Part shown: one piece after another, positions 43,410-52,776 of the stretch | Position numbering within the stretch: the stretch's first letter is position 1 | How the letters are laid out: each line of letters starts with the position of its first letter | Source: an uncultured Planctomycetaceae bacterium | Lineage (GTDB): Bacteria > Planctomycetota > Planctomycetia > Pirellulales > PALSA-1355 | Length of the DNA stretch: 64,000 nt | Assembly: GCA_963785305.1 (NCBI GenBank) | Contig: CAWAUV010000005.1 | Coordinates: forward strand, 64,001-128,000 | Direction: 5' to 3' | Position numbers and translations under genes: made by a program | Notes under the pieces: model-generated | What the model saw: the letters and a program-made list of their open reading frames with translations, nothing else | Database searches by the model: none | What the model was told of the DNA's origin: nothing

Positions 43410-43507
43410 AGTCGCTTCGATTTTTTTCTCCGAGCTAATTCTTTCGGACGGCTGCTCGCGACGGAGCGCTGGCCGGCTTGCGCTACAATTTAAGGACGGA
43501 TGCGGCA

Positions 43508-44011
43508 ATGAGCGATCACGCGACCAAGACCCCGGCGCCACGAGTCGGGTCGACCAAAACCTACATGGCCAAGCCAAGCGATCTCGACCCAAAATGGTTC
43601 CTGGTCGACGCCAGCGACAAGGTGGTTGGCCGTCTGGCGAGCGACATCGCCATGATCCTCATGGGCAAGCATCGCCCGAACTACACTCCGCATATCGACA
43701 CCGGCGACTTTGTCGTGGTGGTGAACGTCGACAAGATCAAGTTCACCGGCAAGAAATGGGAGCAGAAGGAGTATACCTGGACAACTTATTATCCGGGTCT
43801 CCGTAGCGAAACCGCCGCCACGCGGTTTGCCCGCGATCCGGCCATGATCCTCACCGAGGCCGTTCGCCGCATGTTGCCCAAGAACAAGCTGTCGTACAAG
43901 CGGCTTCTCAAGCTCAAGGTCTACTCGGGCGCCGAGCATCCGCATCAGGCCCAGCAGCCGCGGCCCAAGGAGCTGGGCATCAAGAAAGCCAAGAAAGTCG
44001 CGACCGCCTGA
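43508..44011 (+). CDS. rplM: 50S ribosomal protein L13
   Basis: KTYMAK, W.LVDA....GRLAS, GKHRP.YTPH.DTGD.V, AVRRMLPKN, HPH.AQQP. Confidence 0.98.
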   Translation: MSDHATKTPAPRVGSTKTYMAKPSDLDPKWFLVDASDKVVGRLASDIAMILMGKHRPNYTPHIDTGDFVVVVNVDKIKFTGKKWEQKEYTWTTYYPGLRSETAATRFARDPAMILTEAVRRMLPKNKLSYKRLLKLKVYSGAEHPHQAQQPRPKELGIKKAKKVATA

Positions 44012-44083
44012 GCCGCATTATTGCAAGCGCCGCGGCAAGACATTGATATCGCATCCCGAACCACTCGAACGAGATTTTGATTC

Positions 44084-44491
44084 ATGGCCAAAGACACGAA
44101 GACCAGTCCCGACTCCCTGGGCACCGGACGCCGCAAGACGAGCGTGGCTCGAGTGCGCGTGCGGCCCGGCAATGGCGCGATTTTGATCAACCAGCGTTCG
44201 TTGGAAGACTATTTCCCCAACGAGAAAGACCGTCGCAATGTGCTCGCCCCGCTCGTCAAAACCGGCAAGCACGAGACCGTGGATGTGAGCATTCGCGTGC
44301 ATGGCGGCGGCATCTCGGGCCAGTCGGGCGCTTGCATGCTGGGAATCGCCCGCGCGCTCAAGCTCCATGACACCGACACCGAGGAATCGCTCCGCCAGAA
44401 CCACTTGCTCACGCGCGACAGCCGCATGAAAGAACGCAAGCACTACGGCCTGCGCGGCGCCCGCCGTGGCACGCAGTTCTCGAAGCGCTAA
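44084..44491 (+). CDS. rpsI: 30S ribosomal protein S9
   Basis: GTGRRKTSVARV, GGG.SGQ.GA, LTRD.RM.ERK.YG...ARR..QFSKR. Confidence 0.98.
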   Translation: MAKDTKTSPDSLGTGRRKTSVARVRVRPGNGAILINQRSLEDYFPNEKDRRNVLAPLVKTGKHETVDVSIRVHGGGISGQSGACMLGIARALKLHDTDTEESLRQNHLLTRDSRMKERKHYGLRGARRGTQFSKR

Positions 44492-44519
44492 ATCGTTGGC
44501 CGCGGCCAGCCGCAAAGCC

Positions 44520-44551
44520 CCCTCTCCTTTTGCGAGAGGGCAAGGCGAGGG
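44520..44551 (+). repeat. REP-like element / possible terminator between convergent rpsI and pcrA
   Basis: CCCTCTC-CTTTTGC-GAGAGGG-CAAGGCGAGGG, same architecture as copy 1. Confidence 0.5.
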
Positions 44552-44611
44552 GGGCAGCACTGCCCAAACGACCAGAACCGAGGGTTGCTGGTGGTTTGCT
44601 GTTCGTGCTTC

Positions 44612-47127
44612 TCACTTTGCCGGTCGCAACGTGCTCTTGAGCAGCATGAACTTCTTGGCCGAGGCGCCGGCGACGAAATTCACCGTCGCTTGCCGCCGCG
44701 AGCCCGCGCCGCTAAGCGACACGATTCGCCCCAGCCCGTAGTCGGGATGCACCACAAGCATGTCCTGGCAAAACACCTCGGGCGCCGGCGGCGGCTGTTT
44801 CTCGAGCTCCGAGTCGCCCGCCAGTTGAGCGGCGGTCGTCAGACGAAGCCCGGCCAGCGGTAGCGGCTCGCTTTCGCCAAGCGATGCACTGCCCGCCCCG
44901 ATCTTCGACTTGGCGCCAGAACTCGCGTGCGAAGCGTTCTGCTCGCTCGCCGCCCCGAAGTCGAAAGAGAGCGCATCGTCGTCGACCGGCGCGGAACCAC
45001 CGACGTCGGCGAGATCGCCGCCAGAGCCGGCGCCCGTGTCGCTCAATGCGCTCGATGGCGTTGGACCGGCGCCGCCCGCGACACCATGTTCGCGATCGAG
45101 GTCATGTTCACCATCGAGACCATCATGCTCGTCGTGGAGTGGGTCGACATGGTCGTGTTCGGCGCCGCTTGCGTCGTTGCCCAGGCCGGCGGCGCGCTGC
45201 ATCCACGAAGCGCCGACCAGCTCCATTTCGTCGCGCGGGAGCTCCATGAGAAACATGCTCGGAATCGTGGGCCGACGCAGACCGCGAAAATCGCGATAGG
45301 CGGCCCGGCTGAGCGACAACTCCTCGCGAGCCCGAGTCATGCCCACGAACAATAGCCGCCGCTCTTCTTCAAGCTGCTCGATGTTGTCGCGCGAGCGTTC
45401 GTGGGGCAAGATTCCTTCCTCGACCGCCACGATGAACACGACCGGGAATTCGAGCCCTTTCGAGGCATGCAGGGTCATGAGCGTCACGCGGTCGTCGACT
45501 TCGGCCCAGGCGTCGGTGTCGTTCACCAAGCTGGCGTCTTCGAGAAATGCTTCGAGGCCCCCGGCGCCCGGATGGCTTTCGTCGAACTGGCGGGCCGCGG
45601 TAATCAGTTCCTCGATATTGGCGAGCCGTTCGTCGTCTTCCTCGGACTCGTTTTGCTGGAGCATCGCCCGGTAGCCGGTGTCGGCGAGCACGGCGTCGAG
45701 AATTTCCTTCACCGGCCGATCAGCGAGCAGGCTCAAGCGGTCGACGAGCGCCACGAATCGGGCCAGGGCAAGAATCGCCGCGCGGCCGAGCCCTTCGACC
45801 AATCCGGCCTCGCGGGCCGCTTCGAGCAGCGAAACTCGGCGGCGCGCGGCATGCGCCATCAGCCGCTTGACCGTCGTGCCGCCGATCTTGCGAGTCGGTT
45901 TGTTGATCACGCGCTCAGCGCCACGTCGTTGCGCGGGTTATTGATCAACTGCAAATAAGCGAGCACGTCCTTGATTTCGGCGCGCTGATAGAATTCGAGC
46001 CCGCGGACCATTTGATAGGGCACTCCCATTTCGCGCAGGGCAAATTCCAGGCTGCGCGAGAGGGCATTCGTGCGGTAAAAAATGGCGAAATCGCGCGGCC
46101 GGCGCTGGCCCGAGCGCACCGCGGCGGCAATGCGGCCCGCGATCGTCTGGCTTTCTTCGAGCTGGGTGGGAAACGCGGCCAGTTCGACCGGGCGGCCGAG
46201 GTCGTTTTCCGTGAACAGACTCTTGGCCTTGCGGCGCGTGTTGTGAACGATCAGCGCGTCGGCCGCGCGAAGAATATGCTGGGTGCTGCGATAGTTCTGT
46301 TCGAGCTTCACCACGCGGACCGAGGGGTAATCGTGCTCGAAGTCGAGAATGTTCTTGATATTCGCCCCGCGCCAGCCATAGATCGACTGATCGGGATCGC
46401 CCGTGACCGCCAGATTCGGAAAGTCGATCGAGAGCGCCCGCACAATCGTGTACTGCGCCAGGTTCGTGTCCTGGTATTCGTCGACCAGCACATAGCGATA
46501 GCGGCGATCGAGCTCGGCGCGCAGCTCGGGATTCTCGCGAAGCAACGTGGCCACATGAAGCAAGAGATCGTCGAAGTCGACCGCATTGGCGCGCACCAGC
46601 AGACTTTGATAATGCGGATACACCTTGGCGACGATGGCGCCCAGCGGATTGCCGGGGCGAGGCTCGTAGTGCTCGGCCGTGAGCAGGTTGTTCTTGGCCC
46701 AGCTCACGGCGGCGGCGATGCGCTCGGGCGGCTGGAAGGAAGTGTCGATATCCAGCTCTTCGAGCGCGCGCTTCATGGCGCGCTTGCTGTCGGAGGTGTC
46801 GTGGATGGTGTAGTTTTCGCCAAGGCCGACGAGCCCGGCGTATTGCCGCAGCAGCCGGGCGCAGAACCGATGGAAGGTGCTGGTCCACACCGGCTCGCCC
46901 GGCGCCAAAGCGGCGACGCGCTCGCGCATCTCGCCGGCGGCCTTATTCGTGAAGGTGAGCGCCAGGATATCGCGAGCCGAGATTCCCTCACGCAAAAGAT
47001 TGGCGATGCGGTGCGTCACCACGCGGGTCTTGCCACTCCCGGGCCCGGCGAGAATCAAGAGCGGCCCGTCGATGTGCTCGACCGCCTCGCGCTGCGCCGC
47101 CGTCAGTGTATCTCGCCAGTCGTTCAA
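44612..47127 (-). CDS. pcrA: UvrD/PcrA ATP-dependent DNA helicase (frameshift ~45915)
   Basis: AGPGSGKT, TFTNKAA.EM, VDEYQDTN, GD.DQSIYGWRGA, LEQNYRST, MTLH.SKGLEF, EEERRL.FVG.TRA, C-terminal V.HP.YG.G domain. Confidence 0.95.
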
Positions 47128-47454
47128 CCGTGAACCGCCCGAGCACAAGTGAAAAAAGGGACGCGCAGCACAGCGCTGAGCGGCGCCGAGCGCAACCGAG
47201 CGCCGCGACCGCCTATCCCCAGTATAAGGAATTCACTCCGATTGCCCAGGCGACATCCGCCGAGGGACGCCCAGGCTCGAAAGACCCGCGATCGAACAGT
47301 CGCGATGGTTCAACGCGACGGAAGACGCGACTTCAACCACGAGGCCGCGCGGATCGCGAAGAAGGTTGACTCCGAGGACCGCGAGGCCCAGGGACCGAAC
47401 GGATCGCGACTTCGAAAAACGGAGCGTTGAAAACAACGCGCTGAAAACCGAAAG

Positions 47455-47745
47455 CTAGAATTTCGACCCGCTCTGGATCCAGCTTTCCAGCACATTCAGG
47501 TTGTCGTACGTCTGGCCTTGGGTCGTGATGATGCTGCGAATCTGGCGGTAGCCGCTCTTCACATATTGCCCCTGCGGACGCGTGAACACCGGACCGGTGG
47601 TGAACTGCCGGCCGATGCGCACTTCCGTCACCGGGTCGTGGCTGTAGTAGGAATGCAGGAATATCCAACTGTCGCCGGCCTCGGCCGACGCGGAAGCCAC
47701 CGCCGAAAACACCGCCAAAGCAATCAGAGCAAGAAGTCGGTTCAT
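47455..47745 (-). CDS. Small secreted hypothetical protein
   Basis: GGA RBS-like motif; signal peptide AEA|G; WIF..SYYSH motif. Confidence 0.65.
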   Translation of the reverse strand: MNRLLALIALAVFSAVASASAEAGDSWIFLHSYYSHDPVTEVRIGRQFTTGPVFTRPQGQYVKSGYRQIRSIITTQGQTYDNLNVLESWIQSGSKF

Positions 47746-47853
47746 GGAGCGTCCGCCAAAAAAGTTGGATGGCGCCGCGGTCGATCGCGGGCCGGTCAAT
47801 CGGAAAGGAACTGCCGTGAAAGGGACTTTATTCGAAAGACTCGAAGTGAAGAA

Positions 47854-48513
47854 CTATTTCGCCGGATGCTCGACCATGAGCGTCTCTTGCTGGGGGTCAT
47901 ACACATAACGATCGCCGGGCGGCAAGTCGGGCAGCGTGATGCTGTTGGCCTCGATGATCTGTTTCATGAATTGTGCGTGCGTGGCCGGCCCGCGATTGTT
48001 GTGCTCCGCCTTCCAGAGCTGCATCGCTTTTGGAATCTGAACCTCGAACACGATTCGCTGGCCTTGCTGGAAATACTGATGCACCGGTTCGGTCACGATG
48101 CCGCCGCCATAGCCGCGGCCTTTTTCACCCACGCCAGCCACCGCCGCCTCGCGCGGACCAGCCGAAGCGCCCGGCTCCGGGGGTGGAGCCTTCGACGCCA
48201 GTTCGGCGGGAGTCGGCACTTCGGTCGAATCGACGTCTTCGCGAGGACTGCCCGCGGGCGCGTTCATCGCCGGATCGTTCGGTCCGGCGCCTGGAGGCGA
48301 ACCCGCCGACGCCGCGGCAACGCCATCGCCCGCCGGAGCTGCCGCCTGTCCTGGAATTGCCTGTCCTGGAACCGCCTGCCCGGCAGCGGCGGACGACGAA
48401 CCGGATTGTGCTGCCCGGGGCACTTCTTCGATATCGGGGCCGCAGCCCAGAGTGAGCGAAAGCGACCCCAGAATGAATCCGCTCCAAGCAAATGGGGCCG
48501 TCGTTCGACGCAT
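47854..48513 (-). CDS. Putative lipoprotein (planctomycete hypothetical)
   Basis: AAGGAG RBS; lipobox TLGC; A..GVG.KG.GYGGG, LP.LP.G..YVYDP. Confidence 0.75.
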   Translation of the reverse strand: MRRTTAPFAWSGFILGSLSLTLGCGPDIEEVPRAAQSGSSSAAAGQAVPGQAIPGQAAAPAGDGVAAASAGSPPGAGPNDPAMNAPAGSPREDVDSTEVPTPAELASKAPPPEPGASAGPREAAVAGVGEKGRGYGGGIVTEPVHQYFQQGQRIVFEVQIPKAMQLWKAEHNNRGPATHAQFMKQIIEANSITLPDLPPGDRYVYDPQQETLMVEHPAK

Positions 48514-48636
48514 GTCCGTTCTCCTTGCGGTCCGTTATTCAAAGGCCGCTCGATGGGACCGCGAATCCGAGGTTCATTATGCTTACGGCATTCGCGTTTG
48601 AACAGCCGGCGAGCCGCTCGCCGCCCATTCCCGAGT

Positions 48637-49446
48637 TCAAATCTTCGCCCCGGGACCGGATAATCGGAACTCGCTGGCCGCGAGCCAGGGCAAGAGATCG
48701 TGGCGCGTGAGATCGAAGTGCAGCGGGGTGATGGTGATGATGCCTTCGGCCAGCAGGGCCTCGTCGGAATCGGCGGTGGCAGCCGAGGGCCGAGGGTTGC
48801 CGCCGGCCCAAAAATAGCTGCGGCCGCGGGGATCGATGCGTTTTTCGTATTGATCGTCTTCGCGCACGGTGCCCATGGCGGCGAATTTCGCCAGCGGGCG
48901 AGCGCTGGTAAGGGCCGCCGTGGGCAGGTTGATATTGAAGAGTCGCGTGCCCGACGGGTGCGCGGCGCTCTCCGCGGCGTCGAGCGTTTGACCCACGAGC
49001 GACGCGGCCAATTCGGCGGCGCGGGCGTAGTCGGCGTGTTCGTCGAACTCAAGCGAGACGGCGATGCTCGGGATGCCGAAAAAATCGCCCTCGATCGCCG
49101 CCGCCACCGTTCCGGAATACAGCACATTGATGCCGGCGTTGAGCCCGCTGTTGATGCCGCTCACGACCACGTCGGGCCGCCGCGGACAACATTCGAAGAT
49201 GCCCAGTTTCACGCAATCGGCCGGACTGCCCTCGACCGCCCAACCCCGGCGGCGCGGCCCATCGAACACTTCTTTCACGATCAACGGTCTGAGATAGGTG
49301 ATCGAGTGCCCGACGCCGCTTTGCTCCGTGGCCGGCGCCACGACCACGACCTCGCCCAATCGCGCGAGCGACTGCTCGAGGGCGGCGAGGCCCGGGGCAT
49401 AGATCCCATCGTCGTTGGTCAGCAGGATAAGCAATTCGCGCTCCAC
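48637..49446 (-). CDS. surE: 5'/3'-nucleotidase SurE
   Basis: ILLTNDDGI.APG, VVAP..EQSG.G, G.PADCV, SGIN.G.N.G....YSGTVAAA.EG, ITPL..DLT. Confidence 0.97.
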   Translation of the reverse strand: MERELLILLTNDDGIYAPGLAALEQSLARLGEVVVVAPATEQSGVGHSITYLRPLIVKEVFDGPRRRGWAVEGSPADCVKLGIFECCPRRPDVVVSGINSGLNAGINVLYSGTVAAAIEGDFFGIPSIAVSLEFDEHADYARAAELAASLVGQTLDAAESAAHPSGTRLFNINLPTAALTSARPLAKFAAMGTVREDDQYEKRIDPRGRSYFWAGGNPRPSAATADSDEALLAEGIITITPLHFDLTRHDLLPWLAASEFRLSGPGAKI

Positions 49447-49470
49447 GAAAAATTCGTTCCTCGTTCTTTG

Positions 49471-49506
49471 CCTCTCACCCTAACCTCGCACGTCGGGGAA
49501 GAGGGA
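49471..49506 (-). repeat. REP-like element, degenerate reverse copy
   Basis: CTCACCCTAACCTC...GGGGAAGAGGG, resembling the reverse complement of copy 1. Confidence 0.4.
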
Positions 49507-49522
49507 GTCGTCGAATAGGCTC

Positions 49523-52036
49523 TCAAGGTTTTTCGAGTACCCAGGCCGAGAGGTCTTCGGGCGTCGCCACCACGAGCGTCGTCGCGCCCTCGGATTCGAG
49601 GCCCGCGAGACCGGTCGGCAATCGGCCGAGATTATAGTGGTCGATAGGCTGACCGGCGAGCGTCAAGAAATGCAACGAACCGTTGGCGCCCGGCAAGAGC
49701 CACGCGTCGCCCGAGCCGTCGGCGATGGCGCCCCGCATGGGAAAGCGCGAAATGGCTTCGACCGGATATCGTGGCACTCCCCGCGGCATGTCGTAGGTCC
49801 AAATCTCGTGGCCTTTCAAGTCGAGGCCCAGCGCCGTGGTCATGCCGACTTCGAGCGAACTCAGCGCGGCGATTCGCGCCTCCTCGCCCTCGGGCGCGGC
49901 TAAAATTCCATGCACCGAACGATTGGGAGTCGGAATCTCGCCAACGAGCTTGAGCTCGGCGTCGAAGAGCGCCAGCGACTTCCCGCCGCTCGAACACAGC
50001 AGCTTGCTCTGCCCCGCGGAGTCGGGCCCCAGGACAATCATGCGGAGCACATTTTCGAGCGAGCGATTTGAGCGCAGCCGCTTGCCATCGAGACTCGCGG
50101 TTTGCACTCCAACCGAACCCCAATAGGCGACATGCAACTCGAGTTGACCATCGCCATCGAGATCGGCCAAGATCGCGTCGGAGAGGCCCGGATGCTTTCC
50201 TTCGGCCGGGTAAGCCACGAGCAGTTTCCACTCGCTGTCGAAGACGAAAACTTGTTGCTGGGCGCTGGCAAACGCGGCGAAGTAGCGCTGGCCCGCGCCG
50301 TCGACCGCGGAGCGCAGGTAACTGATCGCCGCCTCGGCCGGCAGATCGAGCGGATGCCGAACGACCACGGCGCCTGAGCGCGGATCGACCTCCGCCACAT
50401 GCCGCGCCGCTTCAATGACCAGCAGCCTCGAGGCGCCATCGTCGCCGGGAAGCACGAGCAGATTGCCTGGCGATTTGACTTCGGTCGTGGCCCAGCGGCG
50501 GGTTCGCTTGATCGCGGCGGGATCGCTGGCCGGCGCGACATCGGCTTGCGGGATTTCAATCTCGCGCGTCGCTCCGACGGAGACCGCCGACAGCTCCGAT
50601 TCATAGCGCCGCTTGGCCTGCTCATAGTTCGCAAGCTCCGTGGCGTGCAACGACTGGCCGGCGAGCAGCGAATCGATCTTTCTTGCCAAAACCTCGGGTC
50701 CTTCTTCTTGATCGAGCCGCGAGACGCTTTCAACCACTCCGTCGGGGCCCATCAAGATCAGCGTCGGCCAACCTTCAAGTTGGAACACGCTGCGATAGGC
50801 CTCCGAGCGATCGCGCACCACGGGCACATGCACTCCCAAGGCGTCGACAGCCCGCGAGACTTTGGCGTCGGCGACATCGGCCGCGTCGTCGTTGACCGCC
50901 AGCACCGCGACGCGCGGATTGTTCGCGAACTTTTGATGGACCTTTTGCAGTTGCGGCAAGCTGCGTTGATACCCGCCGTGGAAAGTGACCCACATTTCGA
51001 GCGCCACGACCTTGCCCGCGAGCGACTCGCTCGTGACGGGATTTCCTTGCATGTCGGCGAAAGAGAACGGGCCGACCGTATGTCCGACGAGCGGCGAAGG
51101 CGGCGGGGGCGGAGGGCCGATGAACTTTTTCACCAACTGCGCCGAGCTCGGCGACTCGAAGGCAAACGCTTCGCTGGGAAGTTTGGGATGAAACTGGGCG
51201 GCTTTGAAATCGGCCCATACCTTGAAGTCTCGCGCCGCCGAGCCACTTGCCGCTTCCGGGGCGATTCGCTCGGCGATGCGCTTCGACGGAAATTCATAGC
51301 GCCGCAGCATGAGCGATTCGGAGTCGAGCCAATATACGCTCGGATCCTCGTCGAGCGTAACTTGCACGCGATGGCACATCACGCCCGGGCTCCCGGGCGA
51401 GCCATCGGATAGTTCGGCGTCGGGCAATTGCTCGACCACGGCGCCGTCGGGCAGTTGCGGCGGCGACTCCTCCAAGAGCCAGGCCAGTTGCGGGGGCTGG
51501 ATGTGAAATTGTCCCTGGGCGGCCATCTCCAACATGGGGTCGGCCGTCAGGTGGCCGACGCGCAAAGTCGGCGGCGCGGGCAGCGTGAGCACTTGCCCGG
51601 CGCACTCCGGAGCGAGCACCGCGGCCCAAAGATGTTCGCCATCGCACACGATCGTGGCCCCGAGCGAATGGAATCGCAATTTATTCGGCCGCGCGAAGGT
51701 GATCGAAAATGGAAACGGCTCGGACTTTTGCGTCTCGCCATGCGCGACCACGCTTTCGCGCAGCTCGCCGGCGTCGGCATAGGAAGCGGCTTCGTTGTAG
51801 CGTTTCATGGCCCGCTCGAGCAGTTCCCGGGCGGGCGAAGCGGCATGTTTTTCATGCGCTTTGGCCGACGACGCTCCCTCGTCCAGATCGCAACCGCCGA
51901 GCATCAGCAGGACGAAGCCCATCAGCACGGGCGCCATGAGCGCGGGAGCGATCCGCGGCGGGCGCGGCGCCACGGAGACAAGGGAGAAGCCAAGCGCGCG
52001 GGCGCGCTTCCAAGGGTGGCATGACGCGAGTTTCAA
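49523..52036 (-). CDS. Lipoprotein with LolA/DUF2092-like domain, thioredoxin-fold domain lacking CxxC, and propeller-like tail
   Basis: AGGAGG RBS and TTG start; lipobox LGGC; Y..A.SY.D.G, F.RPNKLR, VCDG; GKVV.LEMWVTFHGGY...LP; G.PTL.L..DG.V; DLDGDGQLE. Confidence 0.75.
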   Translation of the reverse strand: MKLASCHPWKRARALGFSLVSVAPRPPRIAPALMAPVLMGFVLLMLGGCDLDEGASSAKAHEKHAASPARELLERAMKRYNEAASYADAGELRESVVAHGETQKSEPFPFSITFARPNKLRFHSLGATIVCDGEHLWAAVLAPECAGQVLTLPAPPTLRVGHLTADPMLEMAAQGQFHIQPPQLAWLLEESPPQLPDGAVVEQLPDAELSDGSPGSPGVMCHRVQVTLDEDPSVYWLDSESLMLRRYEFPSKRIAERIAPEAASGSAARDFKVWADFKAAQFHPKLPSEAFAFESPSSAQLVKKFIGPPPPPPSPLVGHTVGPFSFADMQGNPVTSESLAGKVVALEMWVTFHGGYQRSLPQLQKVHQKFANNPRVAVLAVNDDAADVADAKVSRAVDALGVHVPVVRDRSEAYRSVFQLEGWPTLILMGPDGVVESVSRLDQEEGPEVLARKIDSLLAGQSLHATELANYEQAKRRYESELSAVSVGATREIEIPQADVAPASDPAAIKRTRRWATTEVKSPGNLLVLPGDDGASRLLVIEAARHVAEVDPRSGAVVVRHPLDLPAEAAISYLRSAVDGAGQRYFAAFASAQQQVFVFDSEWKLLVAYPAEGKHPGLSDAILADLDGDGQLELHVAYWGSVGVQTASLDGKRLRSNRSLENVLRMIVLGPDSAGQSKLLCSSGGKSLALFDAELKLVGEIPTPNRSVHGILAAPEGEEARIAALSSLEVGMTTALGLDLKGHEIWTYDMPRGVPRYPVEAISRFPMRGAIADGSGDAWLLPGANGSLHFLTLAGQPIDHYNLGRLPTGLAGLESEGATTLVVATPEDLSAWVLEKP

Positions 52037-52155
52037 AACGACCTCCTGTCGAGTTCTCTCGGGGGAACACGGAGCGAAACAACGCCTCGCCGCGGCATGG
52101 AAAAAACCGGCCGCAAGCCACTTGGCGATCTCGACCCGCGCGGGGCGGTGTAACT

Positions 52156-52776
52156 TTACACCGACGGAGCATTCCAAACCAAGAGCGCCAGCCGCACCAG
52201 TTCGGCAAGCGAATCGGCTTGCATCTTCTTGAGCACATTGGCCCGGCGGAGCTCCACGGTGCGCAGGCCGATATCCAACTCGGCGGCGATGACTTTATTC
52301 GGCTTGCCATCGACCATTTCGCGCATGACGCGCTGTTCGTCGGGCGTGAGCGTGGCGATGCGGGCTTCGATTTCGGAACGGCGGCCTTGTTCGGCCTGAA
52401 GCTCGGCGCCGCAGTCGATCGCGCGTTGCAGCGCGGCCCAGAGCTCCTGGTCGCGGCACGGTTTTTCGAGAAACGTGAATGCCCCGGCGCGCATCGCCCG
52501 CACCGCGGTCGGCACATCGCCAAATCCGGTAATGATGATCACCGGCAGGAGATGGTTGCGCTGGCGGAGCGTGTCGTGCAGTTCGAGGCCGGTCATGCCG
52601 GTCATTCGCACATCGACCACCAAGCATCCGAGCGAGCGAGGCTGAAACGCATTCAAAAAATCCTCGGCGCTGGCGAATGTTTCGACGGGCAGGCCCTTGC
52701 TGCGGACCAGCGCCGCCACCGAGTCGCGCGCGGCGGGATCGTCGTCGACGATAAAAACGGTCATTTCATTTTGCAT
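52156..52776 (-). CDS. FixJ-like response regulator
   Basis: VFIVDDD, CLVVDVRM, ITG.GDVP.AV.AM..GA..FLEKP, LT..E..V....V.G.PNK.IA..L.I..RTVE..RA. Confidence 0.95.
   Translation of the reverse strand: MQNEMTVFIVDDDPAARDSVAALVRSKGLPVETFASAEDFLNAFQPRSLGCLVVDVRMTGMTGLELHDTLRQRNHLLPVIIITGFGDVPTAVRAMRAGAFTFLEKPCRDQELWAALQRAIDCGAELQAEQGRRSEIEARIATLTPDEQRVMREMVDGKPNKVIAAELDIGLRTVELRRANVLKKMQADSLAELVRLALLVWNAPSV

Noticed and set aside
47149..47440. Possible gene or structured RNA in the intergenic region upstream of pcrA
   Set aside because: Only short ORFs lacking an RBS or motifs, and no recognisable RNA consensus.
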